Positions 13,145-25,399 of a DNA stretch of 64,000 bases are shown in pieces. A model generated the notes under the pieces. The model was not told where the DNA came from. It saw only the letters and a list, made by a program, of their open reading frames with translations, and ran no database searches. Origin of the DNA: Octopus sinensis (lineage: Eukaryota); assembly GCF_006345805.1 (NCBI RefSeq), contig NC_042998.1, forward strand, positions 153,202,001-153,266,000, written 5' to 3'. Position numbers and translations under genes: made by a program. The stretch's first letter is position 1. Every line of letters begins with the position of its first letter.

Positions 13145-13639
13145 TGCAGTATTTGTTCTGGCTTAGAGTTCAAAACTTGGTGAAATCTACATGTCTTTTA
13201 CCTTCCAGGGTTGATAAAATAAAATACCAGTCTAGGGTCATGGACTGGTGAATTGTTAGAGCACTGGACAAAAGAAATGCTTTGTGGTATTTCTTCAAGT
13301 TCTTTATGTTGTGAATGCTCAGGCATATGTGGCAAACTTGTCGCTACTTTGCCAAGATGATGGTATCTTATAACAGATGCCTGGGATCTTTTCCTTTTGA
13401 ACGGCACTTTGTAACATAATTTCTAGTTAACTAAACACTTTTAAACTTCGTATACTGGTAGAATGTGTTTATAAAACATCATTTTTTCTTGGCTTTATTG
13501 AGAAAATTCTATAGGTTGTAAGATATTTCGTCTGAAATTTCGAGCATTTCAGCAATTTTAACCAATCGCTGACCTCCATTGATGTAAACAACATTCCATG
13601 CTGTATGAATATGTCCCTCCTTTAAGAAACAGATTGGGT

Positions 13640-15310
13640 TTATTTACATTTGTGAAGAAAAAAAGATACCCTTCCCCAACACTCTAAGAATAAACATAAC
13701 TATGCATCTCCTGGTCTCGATGGTGTTACATACCTACTTTTTAAATGCAGTGGGTACTTTCTTCTAAACCAACTTTCACTATTCTTTCAATTCTGTCTTG
13801 ATAATGGTGTTACTCCAGAGCAGTGGAAAACTGCCAGTGTTATCCCTCTGTTCAAAAAAGGTGACCGCCTGTCAACTATCGCCCATCAGTCTTACTAGCT
13901 ACATCACCAAACTGATGGAATCCTGTGTCAGAGAAACTCTCTGGAACTTCTGGAAGTCTCACAGCCTCATCCAGCCATCACAATTTGGATTTATTCCTAA
14001 TTCCAGCTGCTGTAATCAGCTTATCGAGTTTCTTGAGGACATTACTCGAATCACTGATGGCGGCTCCTGGGTGGATGTCGTTTACCTGGACTTTGCTAAG
14101 GCTTTTAATTCTGTGCCACACAAAAGACTTATGGTGAAACTCTCTGCAATGGGTGTAAGAGATGATCTCTATAACTGGTTGAATTCCTTCATTATCAGCC
14201 AAAAAGAAATTGTCACAGTTCTAGGTCAGCACTCTTCGCCCTATGAGAGGACATCTGGTGAACCACAGGGATCTGTTCTTGGCTCCATTTTATTTGCTGC
14301 ATATGTTAACAACATAGATGCCAACTTAAAGAATGCCACAGTGCTGAAATATGCAGATGACATCAAGCTGTATCTGGAAATAAAGAGGACAGATCCTGTA
14401 CACTATAGATCTTTATTGCAATCAGACCTGGACACAATGCAGCAGTGGATCATGGACTGGCAACTCAAGCTGGCTGTGGACAAATGTACCACCATGCATT
14501 TTGAGAGGAAAAACCCAGCGTCTACTTACTCCCTCCACAACACTAATCTCAAAAAGTCTTCTTGTAAACGTGACCTGGGCATTATTGTTGACAGTGATTT
14601 GTGTTGGACAAAACACATTGCTAAAATTGCCAAGAAGGCTGAAGGTGTCTTAGCATCACTTACTAGGTCCTTTGTCAGCCGCTCTCCGGCTATCTATCTG
14701 AAGCTTTATACAGCTATGGTGCGGCCTCAACTGGAATTTGCATCCCTGGTCTGGAACCCCTATCTTGCCCAGGATATTAATTGTCTGGAAACTGTTCAGT
14801 GACGTGCAGCCAAGAGAATACCCTCCATCAGGCATTTGCCATATTCTGAATGCCTTATTTCCCTAGGCATGGATACATTGAAACTCCGACATCTGGCAGC
14901 TGACTTGGCAGACACCCATAAAATTATTAACCATCTTACAAACAATAACTCTGAGCACCTTTTCAAACTCCACCTATCTAACACCCGTGGACATGTTTAC
15001 AAAGTCAGAAAACAGCATTGCTCCCATGACTTTTGGAAACATTTTTTCACGCTAGGAGTTGCTGAAGCATGGAACAAACTGCTGGCATCAGTTGTTATAT
15101 GTCAGAGCACTGCATCCTTCAAAACTTCCATGCTTCTTGAGATTTGCCAACACTACACCTGATTTTCTCCCCTCCATACACATGCAAGCATGTCTCTGAC
15201 TCATACACTGTTCACTTCCCAGACATTTGTACATTAAGGCACATGTTTTATATGCACTTTTGACAAATTGTGGTGCACCTGAGCACTGTATACTATAATT
15301 TCATTATTAT
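13640..15310 (+). mobile_element. 5'-truncated CR1-clade LINE (RT region and 3' end)
   Basis: ORF 13798-14802 has PISLTS, YLDFAKAFNSVPH, QGSVLGSILF and YADD. It continues in 14836-15162 after a stop or frameshift. Confidence 0.9.
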
Positions 15311-15926
15311 ATATCTATAAAATTGCACCCTTAGTGAATATCATCTTAATAACTGATTCTGGTCCGTAAAAGCAAGGGAGAATTTAAATATATTAGATAT
15401 AGAATGCAGTACAAAGTGAGTCACCATCTTGCCAATGATAAGACTCATTTCGACTGACTGCATTCTATATACATGATATATTCAAATAATTTTAACTATA
15501 ATTGTAGGATTATCTCCCCTATTTCCCATGCCTTTCTCGACCACAATCATTAAGATAGATTTTTTCTCATCACTTATTTGATAAAGTTGTATACATGCAT
15601 GCATACATAGATACATACAACGAAACTATCTTTATTTTTCTGTATTTCACACCCACATACATACACACATAAATGTGTGTACACACATATACACACATAT
15701 GTATGTATGTATGTATGCATGTATGTCAGTTTTGAAAAAATAAAGATTTATTGTAAACATCATTATCAAAAATAATCATCTGATCTAACACACTCCATCA
15801 TCAAAATGTTTTTAAGACTTTTCATAATTAATAAAATTAATTTCCTAAGATTCTCCTCACAATTCACAGTTACAGGTTTTAACATTTCTTTTTTAGCTAA
15901 AATCTTGTATTTTGTTTTGATTTCAG

Positions 15927-16088
15927 GCTACAGCTATGCACCTAAGACAGAACATATCCTCGACTCTATTGCAACTGAAAGAGAAGTTGTATTTTGTTGA
16001 GATTAATAAAATGGATACCAAAGAAAGAAATCATTTACTTGGCCTTTATTGTGTAACAATTATTAAAGGCTATAATTTTGGATTTGAG
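15927..16088 (+). CDS. MAP3K4: MAP3K4 coding exon (ATAMHLRQNISS...IIKGYNFGFE)
   Basis: tttcag acceptor, gtaaaa donor, 162 bp open. Ends in GYNFGFE, identical to the MEKK4 motif. Confidence 0.92.
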
Positions 16089-17457
16089 GTAAAAATTTAT
16101 CCTTTTGTACAATAATTAGATAATTTTGGAGATGTTTGAATATACAGGCATGCATGTATATATGTATGTATGCATGCATATATGTATTATATGCATCAGA
16201 AGACATATTAGATTAATATAGCCATCTTTGCATCATACTTAATGTAAATATATTGTGAAAGGCAAATTTTCTGAAGTATTTGTCCAGGGTGATATCTCTT
16301 ATGGACATGAAATTCTATATCAGAGGCAGATGAAAATCATTCTAGTAGCAGCTGGTGAGAATGCTAGATGTACATTTTTGCCTTGCTGGACATTCAGTAG
16401 CATATACCCACAACCAACTGCATGCTAATACAAAGCCTGTTGTCACTGATATAGGAAAACAATGAATGAACAATCACTGGTGCTGTAAATAGCCATCCAG
16501 CTGAATAAAACTGTTGTATTATCTTCAGCTAAATACCAAGACGAATTTGCTTTTTTTTCAATGTATTTACATTAAGTATGATACACAGATGGCTATGTTA
16601 ATCTAATATTACTTCTGTTGCATATAATGTATTATTCAGCCAGACAGCTATTTATAAATAGCTCATATATTCAGGATGGTAATTTGTTGTGTTTGTATAT
16701 TTTGTAACTTTTCAACATAAAATGCTAGATTGGGAGTGGAAGGGAGAAAGATGAAGTATAATAATGGGAAGTGATAGATAAAGACAGATGAAGGGAGAAG
16801 TAGAGTACAAAAGAGAGGTAAATTAAAAATGTGAGAGGAGAGAACAGAAAGGAGAGTGAATATGATAACTAGATTAAAACAGGGAGGAATATGGAGAACA
16901 TGAACAGTAGGGCTGTATGGCAAAATTTCTGATGTCACTGTCTTTAGTTCTCTGTATTTTAGTAAATACAATATTAAATATCTATTGATAAATACAATAG
17001 TGATCTGATTAGTTGAACATCTTTATGTTCCAATGTCACTTTGAAGTGCATTAATTCATGTTAACTCTTTTTGAAGTGAGTGTTTAAAATACTCCCAGGT
17101 AAAAAGTACTTAACAAAATATGTATTCCATAGGCCATAATTTTATAGCACAGATTAAGTTGTGTGTACACAAACATATTTATGTGTATATAAATATACTT
17201 CAAACGGTCTTTTGCACCTACTAACCTTGGTTTTCTATATTGGTATTTGTCATGTATGACCTGTTATAATTTTCCAATCTTCAAAATCTTGTTATATTTG
17301 TATCTTTTATAATGAGAAATGAAATGAAAACTCCCACTAAAAGAAGGAATGGTCTGCACAGTCATTCAAAGAAGAATGACCACAGAATCCTGAATGTAAG
17401 GATTAAATATTATAAAGAAGCTAGCTACTTTAAGTGCTGTAACATTATGCTTAGAAA

Positions 17458-17860
17458 TACTCTTTTACTTGTTTCAGTCATTTGACTGTGGCCATGCTGG
17501 AGCACTGCCTTTTAGTTGAGCAAATCAACCCCAGGTCTTATTCTTTGTAAGCCTTGTACTTATTCTATCAGTCATTTTTGCTGAACCGCTAAGTTATAGG
17601 GACGTAAACACACCAGCATTGGTTGTCAAGTGATGTTGTGGGGACAAACACAGACACACAAACATACACACACACATATACATATACATATATACGATGG
17701 GCTTCTTTCAGTTTCTGTCTATCAAATCCACTCACAAGGCTATAGTGGCCCAAGACTATAGTAGAAGACACTTGCCCAAGGTGCCATGCAGTGGGACTGA
17801 ACCCGGAACCATGTTGTTCGTAAGCAAGCTACTTACCACACAACTATTCCTACACCTATG
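17458..17860 (-). mobile_element. tRNA-derived SINE, family A (CATAGGYGYAGGA head, (GAGTAAAA)n-type tail)
   Basis: Full-length homologue of 32405-32781, with an internal CA/TA microsatellite. Confidence 0.85.
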
Positions 17861-17949
17861 CAAATGAAACAACAAAATTTATGTCAAAATAAATTATTTG
17901 ATGTAGCTAAATGTAGTGTTGATATTTCAAAATAAAGTGTGTAAAAGAA

Positions 17950-19500
17950 GTCAGTAGAGATTGAATAAACAGCCAAAAGGGAACTGCTTATCACTGACTA
18001 TTTTGCTGAACATAACACTCCCTTTGCAAGCACTGGCCATCTGATGGCATGAAAGGGTGAATATCTGGACAGTCAGATTGCTAAAAAATTATCATTGAAA
18101 AAACAAAACTTTCATATGTTATTCAAAATGGCGTAACCTTTCTTCAAAACTTAGTGATAACAAGTATCTGTCTGATACAAAAGTTTTCTGTTTTAATTTA
18201 TGAAAGTACTGGTATTTCAGTTACTCAAACTTTGGCTGAAGCTGTGAGCTACTTTAATTTCAATAAGCATGATGTTGCAAATGCATTGCTAGATACTTTG
18301 GTTGCTGAAAATGGAGCAGCTCTTGGTCTTTACAATGCTCTCAAATCTACTTTACATGAAAGAAATATTCCTCTAGAAAATACTGGATTTGCAAACAATA
18401 ATTGTTCTATAGTGGATATCAAAAGTTCCAGAAATTACTAACAGATAATGTGCTTTTGGTTTTTATCATCAGGTATCTTTGTCTATGTGGTAGCCATTCT
18501 ATAGCATATTGCCTTCATATTTGGTGGCTTTCACAAAAGATTTTATATCTTACTTTTCTGTACAGTAGCAAGCAACAATGGTACACTTATTCAAGAAATT
18601 GTTGCAGCAAAATGCCTATCTTAAGAAAAATTTATTACAATGATATTTGAACAATTTGACAGTTTACTTCTTTATTTCCAAAGTGAATTTGAAGTCGACA
18701 TATTCAATGGTGCCATTAGGCATTAAGCAATCCCTGAATCAATAACATATTATTTTTCCTTCAGTATGTACTAAACAAAGTAAATTTATTAAATGTTGTG
18801 TTTCAAATTACATTGTCTATATTCAATGACATTATCAGAATACAAGAATCTCTTGAATTTCTTTATTAAATATAAATTACTGAAGAAAATTGAATTACTA
18901 GAAATTAATCCAAATGATGAAAGATTAAAAAACATTGATGATATTTACTTTAGAGAGAAGATGACAGCACATCTAATAAGTGAACCATTTGATAGTGTTA
19001 GAAAAACCAAAACTAGTTGAAATTCATAGGAGAACTTTATTTTCAAATTTGAAAAAGGTTTCCTTTTATTAAAGTTAGAATTATTGTTATATTAAATATA
19101 TTAGATTGTCATGTAGCTTATGATCCCAGTATTTCTCTAACATATATCACTCCACTAGCTGTTCATCACCTATCTGTTACGTCAAAAAACAGTCTAAATG
19201 ATTTGGATGGTCAATGGAAAACTATAGTTTAACAACAAACAAAAGCATAAAAGATGGACTTCATAGTTCAAAATATGATTTGTTAACCAATTTTAAAACT
19301 AATTTAACTATCTTTTTACATTCTTCAGTATGCCCTGAAAGAAAATGTACTATATCAAAACAGCTCTAATGTGTCAAAACAAGAAATATCAATTCTTTAG
19401 AAGGGAAAATTGTAAAGAAGCCACATTACTTTCAAAGCAATCTTTTTCTAGAAATACTGTGGAATGCACTATGTGGGGACCCAGAAAAGAATTAACTAAG
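17950..19500 (+). mobile_element. highly degraded hAT-type transposase relic
   Basis: DYFAEHNTPFA and VSYFN..LLDTLVAENGAALGLYNALKSTLHERNIPLENTGFANNNCS resemble hAT core segments. Boundaries approximate. Confidence 0.55.
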
Positions 19501-19629
19501 CTTTTGGTTGGAAGATGGTGTAATTAAAAGATAATTTAAAAAAATAAAGAATCATTTATTTTTTCAAGAGGATGAGAAGGAGTAATTATTGTTATAATTA
19601 TAAGTTTATAATATTGTTATAATTATAAG

Positions 19630-20331
19630 TAAACATTATAAACCGCACATACTCAGCATATGTGTTTTGCTTTTTCACCAGTTAACTGTGGTATAACGTT
19701 CTGGGAATGACTCCCTCATAGCTCTGGGTGTTAAAATGCCTGAGAGTCATAGACAGGCGAGATAACTTGCCTCCAATCCCATTCAGGAGTGATGGATACT
19801 GATTTTTTACCATTTTCGTGGCTTATCAACACCACATACCTTAATTATGTCAGGGATGAACCAAATTGCCAGTCTATGGCTATATACAAATATTATAAGA
19901 ACTTAAGAAGCATTTTCAGGTATGCCATGGTGATGCATACATAAGATGAAGTTCAATTATGAATTAAAAGCAGCACTAATGTTATAAACAATATCGACCA
20001 CACATGCTCAGTGTATGTGTTTTGCTTGTTTGCCAGTTTTCTATGGTTTAGTGCTTTGGGAACAACTCCTGCATAGTGCTGAGTGTTAAAACACCTGCAA
20101 GTCATAGACAGACATGACAACTTGTTTCAAAATCCCATTTGGGAACGATTGTGGCTTATCCAAATGGGATTGGAAGCAAGTTGTCTCACCTGTCTATAAC
20201 TTTCAGTTGTTTTAGCACCCACCATTATGAGGGAGTTGTTCCCAAAACGATAATGCAGTGAACTGAGGAGCAAACTAAACACATTCATTGAGTATGTGTG
20301 GTTGATAATGTTAACAACATTCGCATTGCTT
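19630..20331. repeat. three copies of a ~170-bp module (direct 19630-19790, direct 19968-20142, inverted 20160-20331)
   Basis: Shared anchors cacatRctca, gggaaYRactcc, gtYatagacag and aatcccatt. The last two copies form a foldback with a 17-nt spacer. Confidence 0.8.
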
Positions 20332-20995
20332 CCAATATATAAGTAAGATATTTTCTATTTAAATTACATATATTTATAATCTGGGTCCTTTTGTTATCCA
20401 AGCCTGATCTAAGGTTTTCCTGACAATCTCATTGACAGTACGTATTCTTATTTAAACTCTTATTCTTTCTCTATTGTTCGCCACTTCAACTCAGAAATAG
20501 CCAACATCATCACCAATTGACTGTTATTTTATAATATAAGCTACTTACAATATTTGTTTCTAATACTACAGTAATTTGTAGGTACTGATATGATAAAATA
20601 ATGTTTTTGAAAAAGAATAAAATGTTTGATTAAATATAGTTTACTTATTATAGGCAGTTACATCAAGGGAGAAAGTTTATTGTGGTGTGTGCGAGAGATT
20701 CGAAATAAAGGCACCTACCTTCTCTTCGCTCTGATGTGATAGCAGCTGCTTCACCCAACCTTAACAACGTGATCACCTGTCTTAACCCCTCGACGACTGG
20801 ACTCGAAAAGGCAGAATGACCCGCTCGCTGCGCACGCGTCACGGCTGCCCCTTCCAGTCAGCCCCAAGTTCCGGTCAGCTCCCCAGCTGCTGACGTCATC
20901 CCACATGCCACCCTGATCTTAAAGATCACAATCTCTCTACTCCATATCGTAGTCCACCATCCAACCGGGAGGGCGCCTTGCGCGTCAAGATCTTC

Positions 20996-23729
20996 TCAAG
21001 CTGGCCACCTCGTTCTCCCCCTCTCCGTCGAAGCGACAATCCTGCGGAGGTCCAAGACGTGTCGTGGCATTCCATCCACGGAGACGTTGTTTCTGGAATT
21101 GATCGCCGTCACCATTCCTCTGCTCCATTGAGACGTACAGCGCGCCTTTGGTGGCTTAACCCAGACTTCCTCCCCTATTTTCACGCAAACGGGTCCCTTC
21201 TCTTCCTCGTGGCCCTCCGGCGCTTTGCTCGGGTGCCTCCATTCATATTTAAATACAGCTCTCTGTGGCACAGATTCCTCAGCTTGTCCGGATCGGGGAG
21301 ACAAGTTGTACCAAAAAACTGCTTCAAGCGTCGAAATGTGCCCTCTTTCCGCTATGGCCTTGACTGTCCGATGGTACCTCTCTACGATCCCGTTACCGCT
21401 CGGCCTATACACTGCTCTGAACAAGCGACGCACCTTCCACGGATCAAGCATAACCCTCAATGCTTCCGAACGAAACGCCACCTCGTCCATCAGCAGAGAC
21501 CTCTCTCTAAAAATATCTCGTTCAAGATCTGCGCGATCTCGTCAGCAATGCCCGTTCTCAACTCCCTCCAAATGGCCAGCTGGCCTGGCCCGCAGTCGAC
21601 CATGGAGAGGTACATTCCCTGATGGTAGTGCGTCATATCCACAGCTAGCCTTTTCCAGTTGTGCTCCACTGAAAGGCTTCCCTGTTCATGCCCACACGGA
21701 GCAGGGTCGATGGACTGACACCTGTCGCAGCTCCCGACCACTTTCCGGATGCTTCTCCTAGTGACGTCAGCATCAATTTTCTTCGCCAGATACAGGGTCC
21801 TGTCCACACCCAGGTGATGCATAGCATGCAGTCTCTTCAGTTCAGAGTCATCTAACCGACACGCCGCAGCTATCCCTTTCCGGGCCTCCTCCGGTTCTTC
21901 CAACCACGCTCTTTTCACCCTTGTCAGTGCGTCCGCCCTGTTTTTCTCCGAAGGCACAAAAACCACGTTCAGCTTCAGTCCGAACTCGGCGATCAATTCA
22001 CCTAGAACTCCTAGACGGTACTTCACTAACATCTCTGCGGCACCTTTCGTCCGCACCCTCCTTTCACCAGTGATCACTGATCCTACCCAGCCAAGCATAG
22101 CGTCCGGATTTCAATCGTGCGCAGCTCCCATTTCAGGGCCAAGTTCACCCCTTTCAGCACCGCGTGTAATTCGGTGACATTGATGTGGTTGAAGTCATCT
22201 GCTTTCTGAAGCCAGGCCACGTCCTCCACCGCAGCACCTTCGATTGCCAACACAACTCCTATCGCTATACTGCATTCCGTCTTGGGCACGTACCAGTTCT
22301 CCCTGACCAGATCTTCTGCTCTCGTCCTCTCTAGGATTTCCTGCATCATCGCCACTGTCCCTTCTCCCACCTTGTCGCCCTAACTCTCCCCCTCCGCTCG
22401 TCTCTTGGTGTAACTGCATGCCGTGCGCAGCCATCCAGCGATCGGGTAGTGACCGACCAACTTCCCACACACCGAGAACAGCTCTCTCCTGCTGATGCTG
22501 GAACTCAGCTCTGGGATTTCATTCCCTCTCCGGAACACCAATTCACCCGATCTATCTCTTCGCAGCTTCAGCCCCAGTGCGGCTCCCCCTTCCATCGAAT
22601 CCAGTGGCTTCGCAATCAGTCCGAACTTCTCCAGATGTCTAACTACCTCGTTGGCTGGCCCTACAGTTTCGTCCACCAAAATGTCGTCAATGTAGGAGCT
22701 GGTGGCCTCTCTAATCTTGCCATCTTTCCCTAGGACGGACTTAAGCACTTCCGCCATGATCTTCGGAGCGGAATTCAGCCTGGTTAAACAGTACGTCCGG
22801 CCTTTGTACCGCACCAGCTGATATCACCACAGTTTGTCGCTCACATGGAGCTGCAAGTATGCCGATTTCAAGTCGACAATCGTCGCTGCCTTGGTCAACT
22901 GTCTCCACACACGTAACGTCTCGCCACAAACGTCTGTTGCCTCACCTCCTGTGTGACACGATATATGCTGGCTTAGCTCCCTGAAGTCCAGCACCGGTCT
23001 GACTTTTCCCTTCGTAGGCTGCACCACCACTATCAGGGGTAGCACTCCGACCGCTACCTCCTCCTCCCAAGGGACAAGGACCCCTTCTTCGATCCACCTC
23101 TCAACCTCGTCCTCAAACTCAACCCTGGCGTGGCCTTTCAGGGTATGCTGGTAACAGCTCACTCTGTTTTTCAGCATCAGGGGCTCATCCTTCCATCTCC
23201 ACTCTATCGTCCACCGCTGACCATCGAACGCCGCCTGAAAGTCTTTGTCCTCGATGGTGTAAGCAGCGGAGTCCCTCGCGGGGCTCTGCTCTCTCTGGTG
23301 ATCCTGACTCGCAGTGCACGACTCCCCCACACTTCCAAACGTGACCTCATCTCCCACAATACTGACGCCACCGAGGCGGTTGATGGCGTCCATCCCCATC
23401 ACCACATCAACCCCATCTATCACGCGTTCAGCCACAATTACGTGCAGCCTTAGCGTTGTGCTGCGCACCACTGTCTCCACCTTGCTGCTGCCCCTGCAAC
23501 GGATTTCGCTGCCGTCAACCACCCGGACACTACTAGCCCTGTTCCATTTCTTTGTCACCCTTGAAGTCACAAGGGTGGTCATGCAGCCTGTATCCACGAG
23601 GGCCCTGAACGTCTTCCCCCTGGCCTCCACGTCAATTAATGGCAGCGTCTCCAATAGCATCTCTACTCGTTTGCGAGGAAAGTTCAAGAGGCAGCAACTT
23701 CCTGCGGTAGTTTCCCTGGTCGCAATCAC
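20996..23729 (-). pseudogene. Pol (PR-RT-RNaseH-IN), fragmented into five ORFs
   Basis: LVDTG (PR); VDLKSAYLQL and YIDD (RT); HAMHH..CDRC zinc finger, LAVD and GNGIVERYHR (IN). Confidence 0.9.
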
Positions 23730-24417
23730 GGGCGATGTGCCCGGTCTGCCTGCATCGATAGCAAACGGGCCCCAGTTGCATACAGTCCCGTGCCATGTGC
23801 GACCCCTGACATCTAAAACACCGACCTGAGAACGGACGGTGTCGTTGCATGGTAGGCTTCTTTACGTCTTTCTCCGGTCGTTGTCCGTCTTTACGCACCG
23901 CCATCGCTATCGCCTTCCGCCCAGAGTGTCGTGTCAACACGCAGACTTGAGTCACAAGTTCGCTCAGTGCCATCTTTTTAATCCCGGGCAATCGTTGTAG
24001 GTGAATCCCTACATCGTCGGGGAACCCATTTACAAACGCCAGTCGCGCTGCTCTCTCCAGCCCTTCTCCTGTAAACCCGGCCAGCATCGCTAACCTTCGA
24101 ACCTCCACCGCGTACTCGTCCACCTGTCCTCCCGTCCATCTGATCGTACCCAGTTTAGCAAAAGCTGTGTATTCACACTCTGTGTAGGCATCCCGCAGAC
24201 GTTGCTCTATCTTTTCCTCGCTCAGGTGTTCCTCCTCGTCCATCTCAAGATATAGCGTCAACGCGCTCCCTTCTAAATACAGTGCCATAAGACTTGCCAC
24301 ATCGCTTATACCTTGCAGTCTTGCCACCAGCCTAATTTTACGAATCCAGGCCACTCTATCGCCTTCACCATTAAAGGGTCTAATGATGTCGCTGGCGATC
24401 CTGATTTTCGCTGCCAT
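23632..24417 (-). CDS. Gag with two CCHC zinc knuckles
   Basis: 261-aa ORF containing CFRCQGSHMARDC and CYRCRQTGHIARDC. Confidence 0.85.
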   Translation of the reverse strand: MAAKIRIASDIIRPFNGEGDRVAWIRKIRLVARLQGISDVASLMALYLEGSALTLYLEMDEEEHLSEEKIEQRLRDAYTECEYTAFAKLGTIRWTGGQVDEYAVEVRRLAMLAGFTGEGLERAARLAFVNGFPDDVGIHLQRLPGIKKMALSELVTQVCVLTRHSGRKAIAMAVRKDGQRPEKDVKKPTMQRHRPFSGRCFRCQGSHMARDCMQLGPVCYRCRQTGHIARDCDQGNYRRKLLPLELSSQTSRDAIGDAAIN

Positions 24418-24440
24418 TGTGTCGACGACTTATATGGATC

Positions 24441-24452
24441 GCCGAAATAGCT
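24441..24452 (-). promoter_or_regulatory. non-canonical primer-binding site complementary to tRNA-Phe nt 1-12
   Basis: Sense strand reads LTR-CA|AGCTATTTCGGC. The + strand GCCGAAATAGCT equals the 5' end of metazoan tRNA-Phe(GAA) as I recall it. Confidence 0.7.
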
Positions 24453-25399
24453 TGTGGTGTGTGCGAGAGATTCGAAATAAAGGCACCTACCTTCTCTTCG
24501 CTCTGTAACGGATCCTTCGACACAGCCCGACCCGAACGCTAGAGATAGCAGCTGCTTCACCCAACCTTAACAACGTGATCACCCATCTTAACCCCTCGAC
24601 GACCGAACTCGAAAAGGCAGAATGACCCGCTCGCTGCGCACGCGTCACGGCTGCCCCTTCCGGTCAGCCCCAAGTTCCAGTCAGCTCCCCAGCTGCTGAT
24701 GTCATCCCACATTTATTATTGTAATGAAGAATTGTATTAAATTTCTACCTCCAACTTTGTTCCTCTTCCAACCCATGATCTCTCTCCCTTTCTCTCTTTA
24801 TGGTGAATGGATGGACCAACCAACAACAAACATGTTATAACCATTACATAGATTATTTCAATTCATCAGAGGCTTTAGGTTTATCTTTTTGTATCAATAT
24901 TAAATTAATACTTTGCTGGATATTGTGTTGTAACTTTATATTTAAAAAATCTTACATATTAATTTATAAGTTTTCATAAGGTCACAAGCATTTTTCATTG
25001 AAAACATCGATTGAAAACAGATATTTCTTATTGAAAACAATTATTAAATGTGTGACACTTTCTTATGTTGTGCATCCAGGGAAATTGCTTTTCTGCTAAG
25101 GCAAAAGGCTAAAGTATTATCTGTGAAGTAAGTGGGACATGGATTGAAAAGAAAATGTACAATTGATGTACTAAATGTACAAAAGCATGGCAAAATTAGT
25201 ATTGGGGTTTTATATCCTTAAAACATTTGGATGTATAATTTAATGAAGCAGAGATAAAAATCAATGTCTTCACAAGTTGTACTTTTTATTTTTATTTTAT
25301 TCCAAAAATGCCCTCTGGCATCATCAACAGTATAACAATCTGACAAGTCATCTTTTAACCACACCACCTCCCCTTTTGAGATTGACATCTGTTAGAAGT

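Larger units (their letters stand above)
20681..24711 (-). mobile_element. complete Gypsy-type LTR retrotransposon (gag-PR-RT-RH-IN, several frameshifts)
   Basis: LTRs at 20681-20905 and 24453-24711 with TG..CA ends; TTTAT TSD at 20676-20680 and 24712-24716; domain order PR-RT-RH-IN. Confidence 0.95.

Noticed and set aside
20704-20709. AATAAA in both LTRs on the host-sense strand
   Set aside because: The hexamer is very common in these AT-rich introns, and there is no evidence it is used.
20978-23829. Plus-strand ORFs of 100-214 aa overlapping the LTR element, and antisense ORFs in the Tx1-like copies
   Set aside because: Shadow frames of GC-richer coding sequence with no recognisable motifs.
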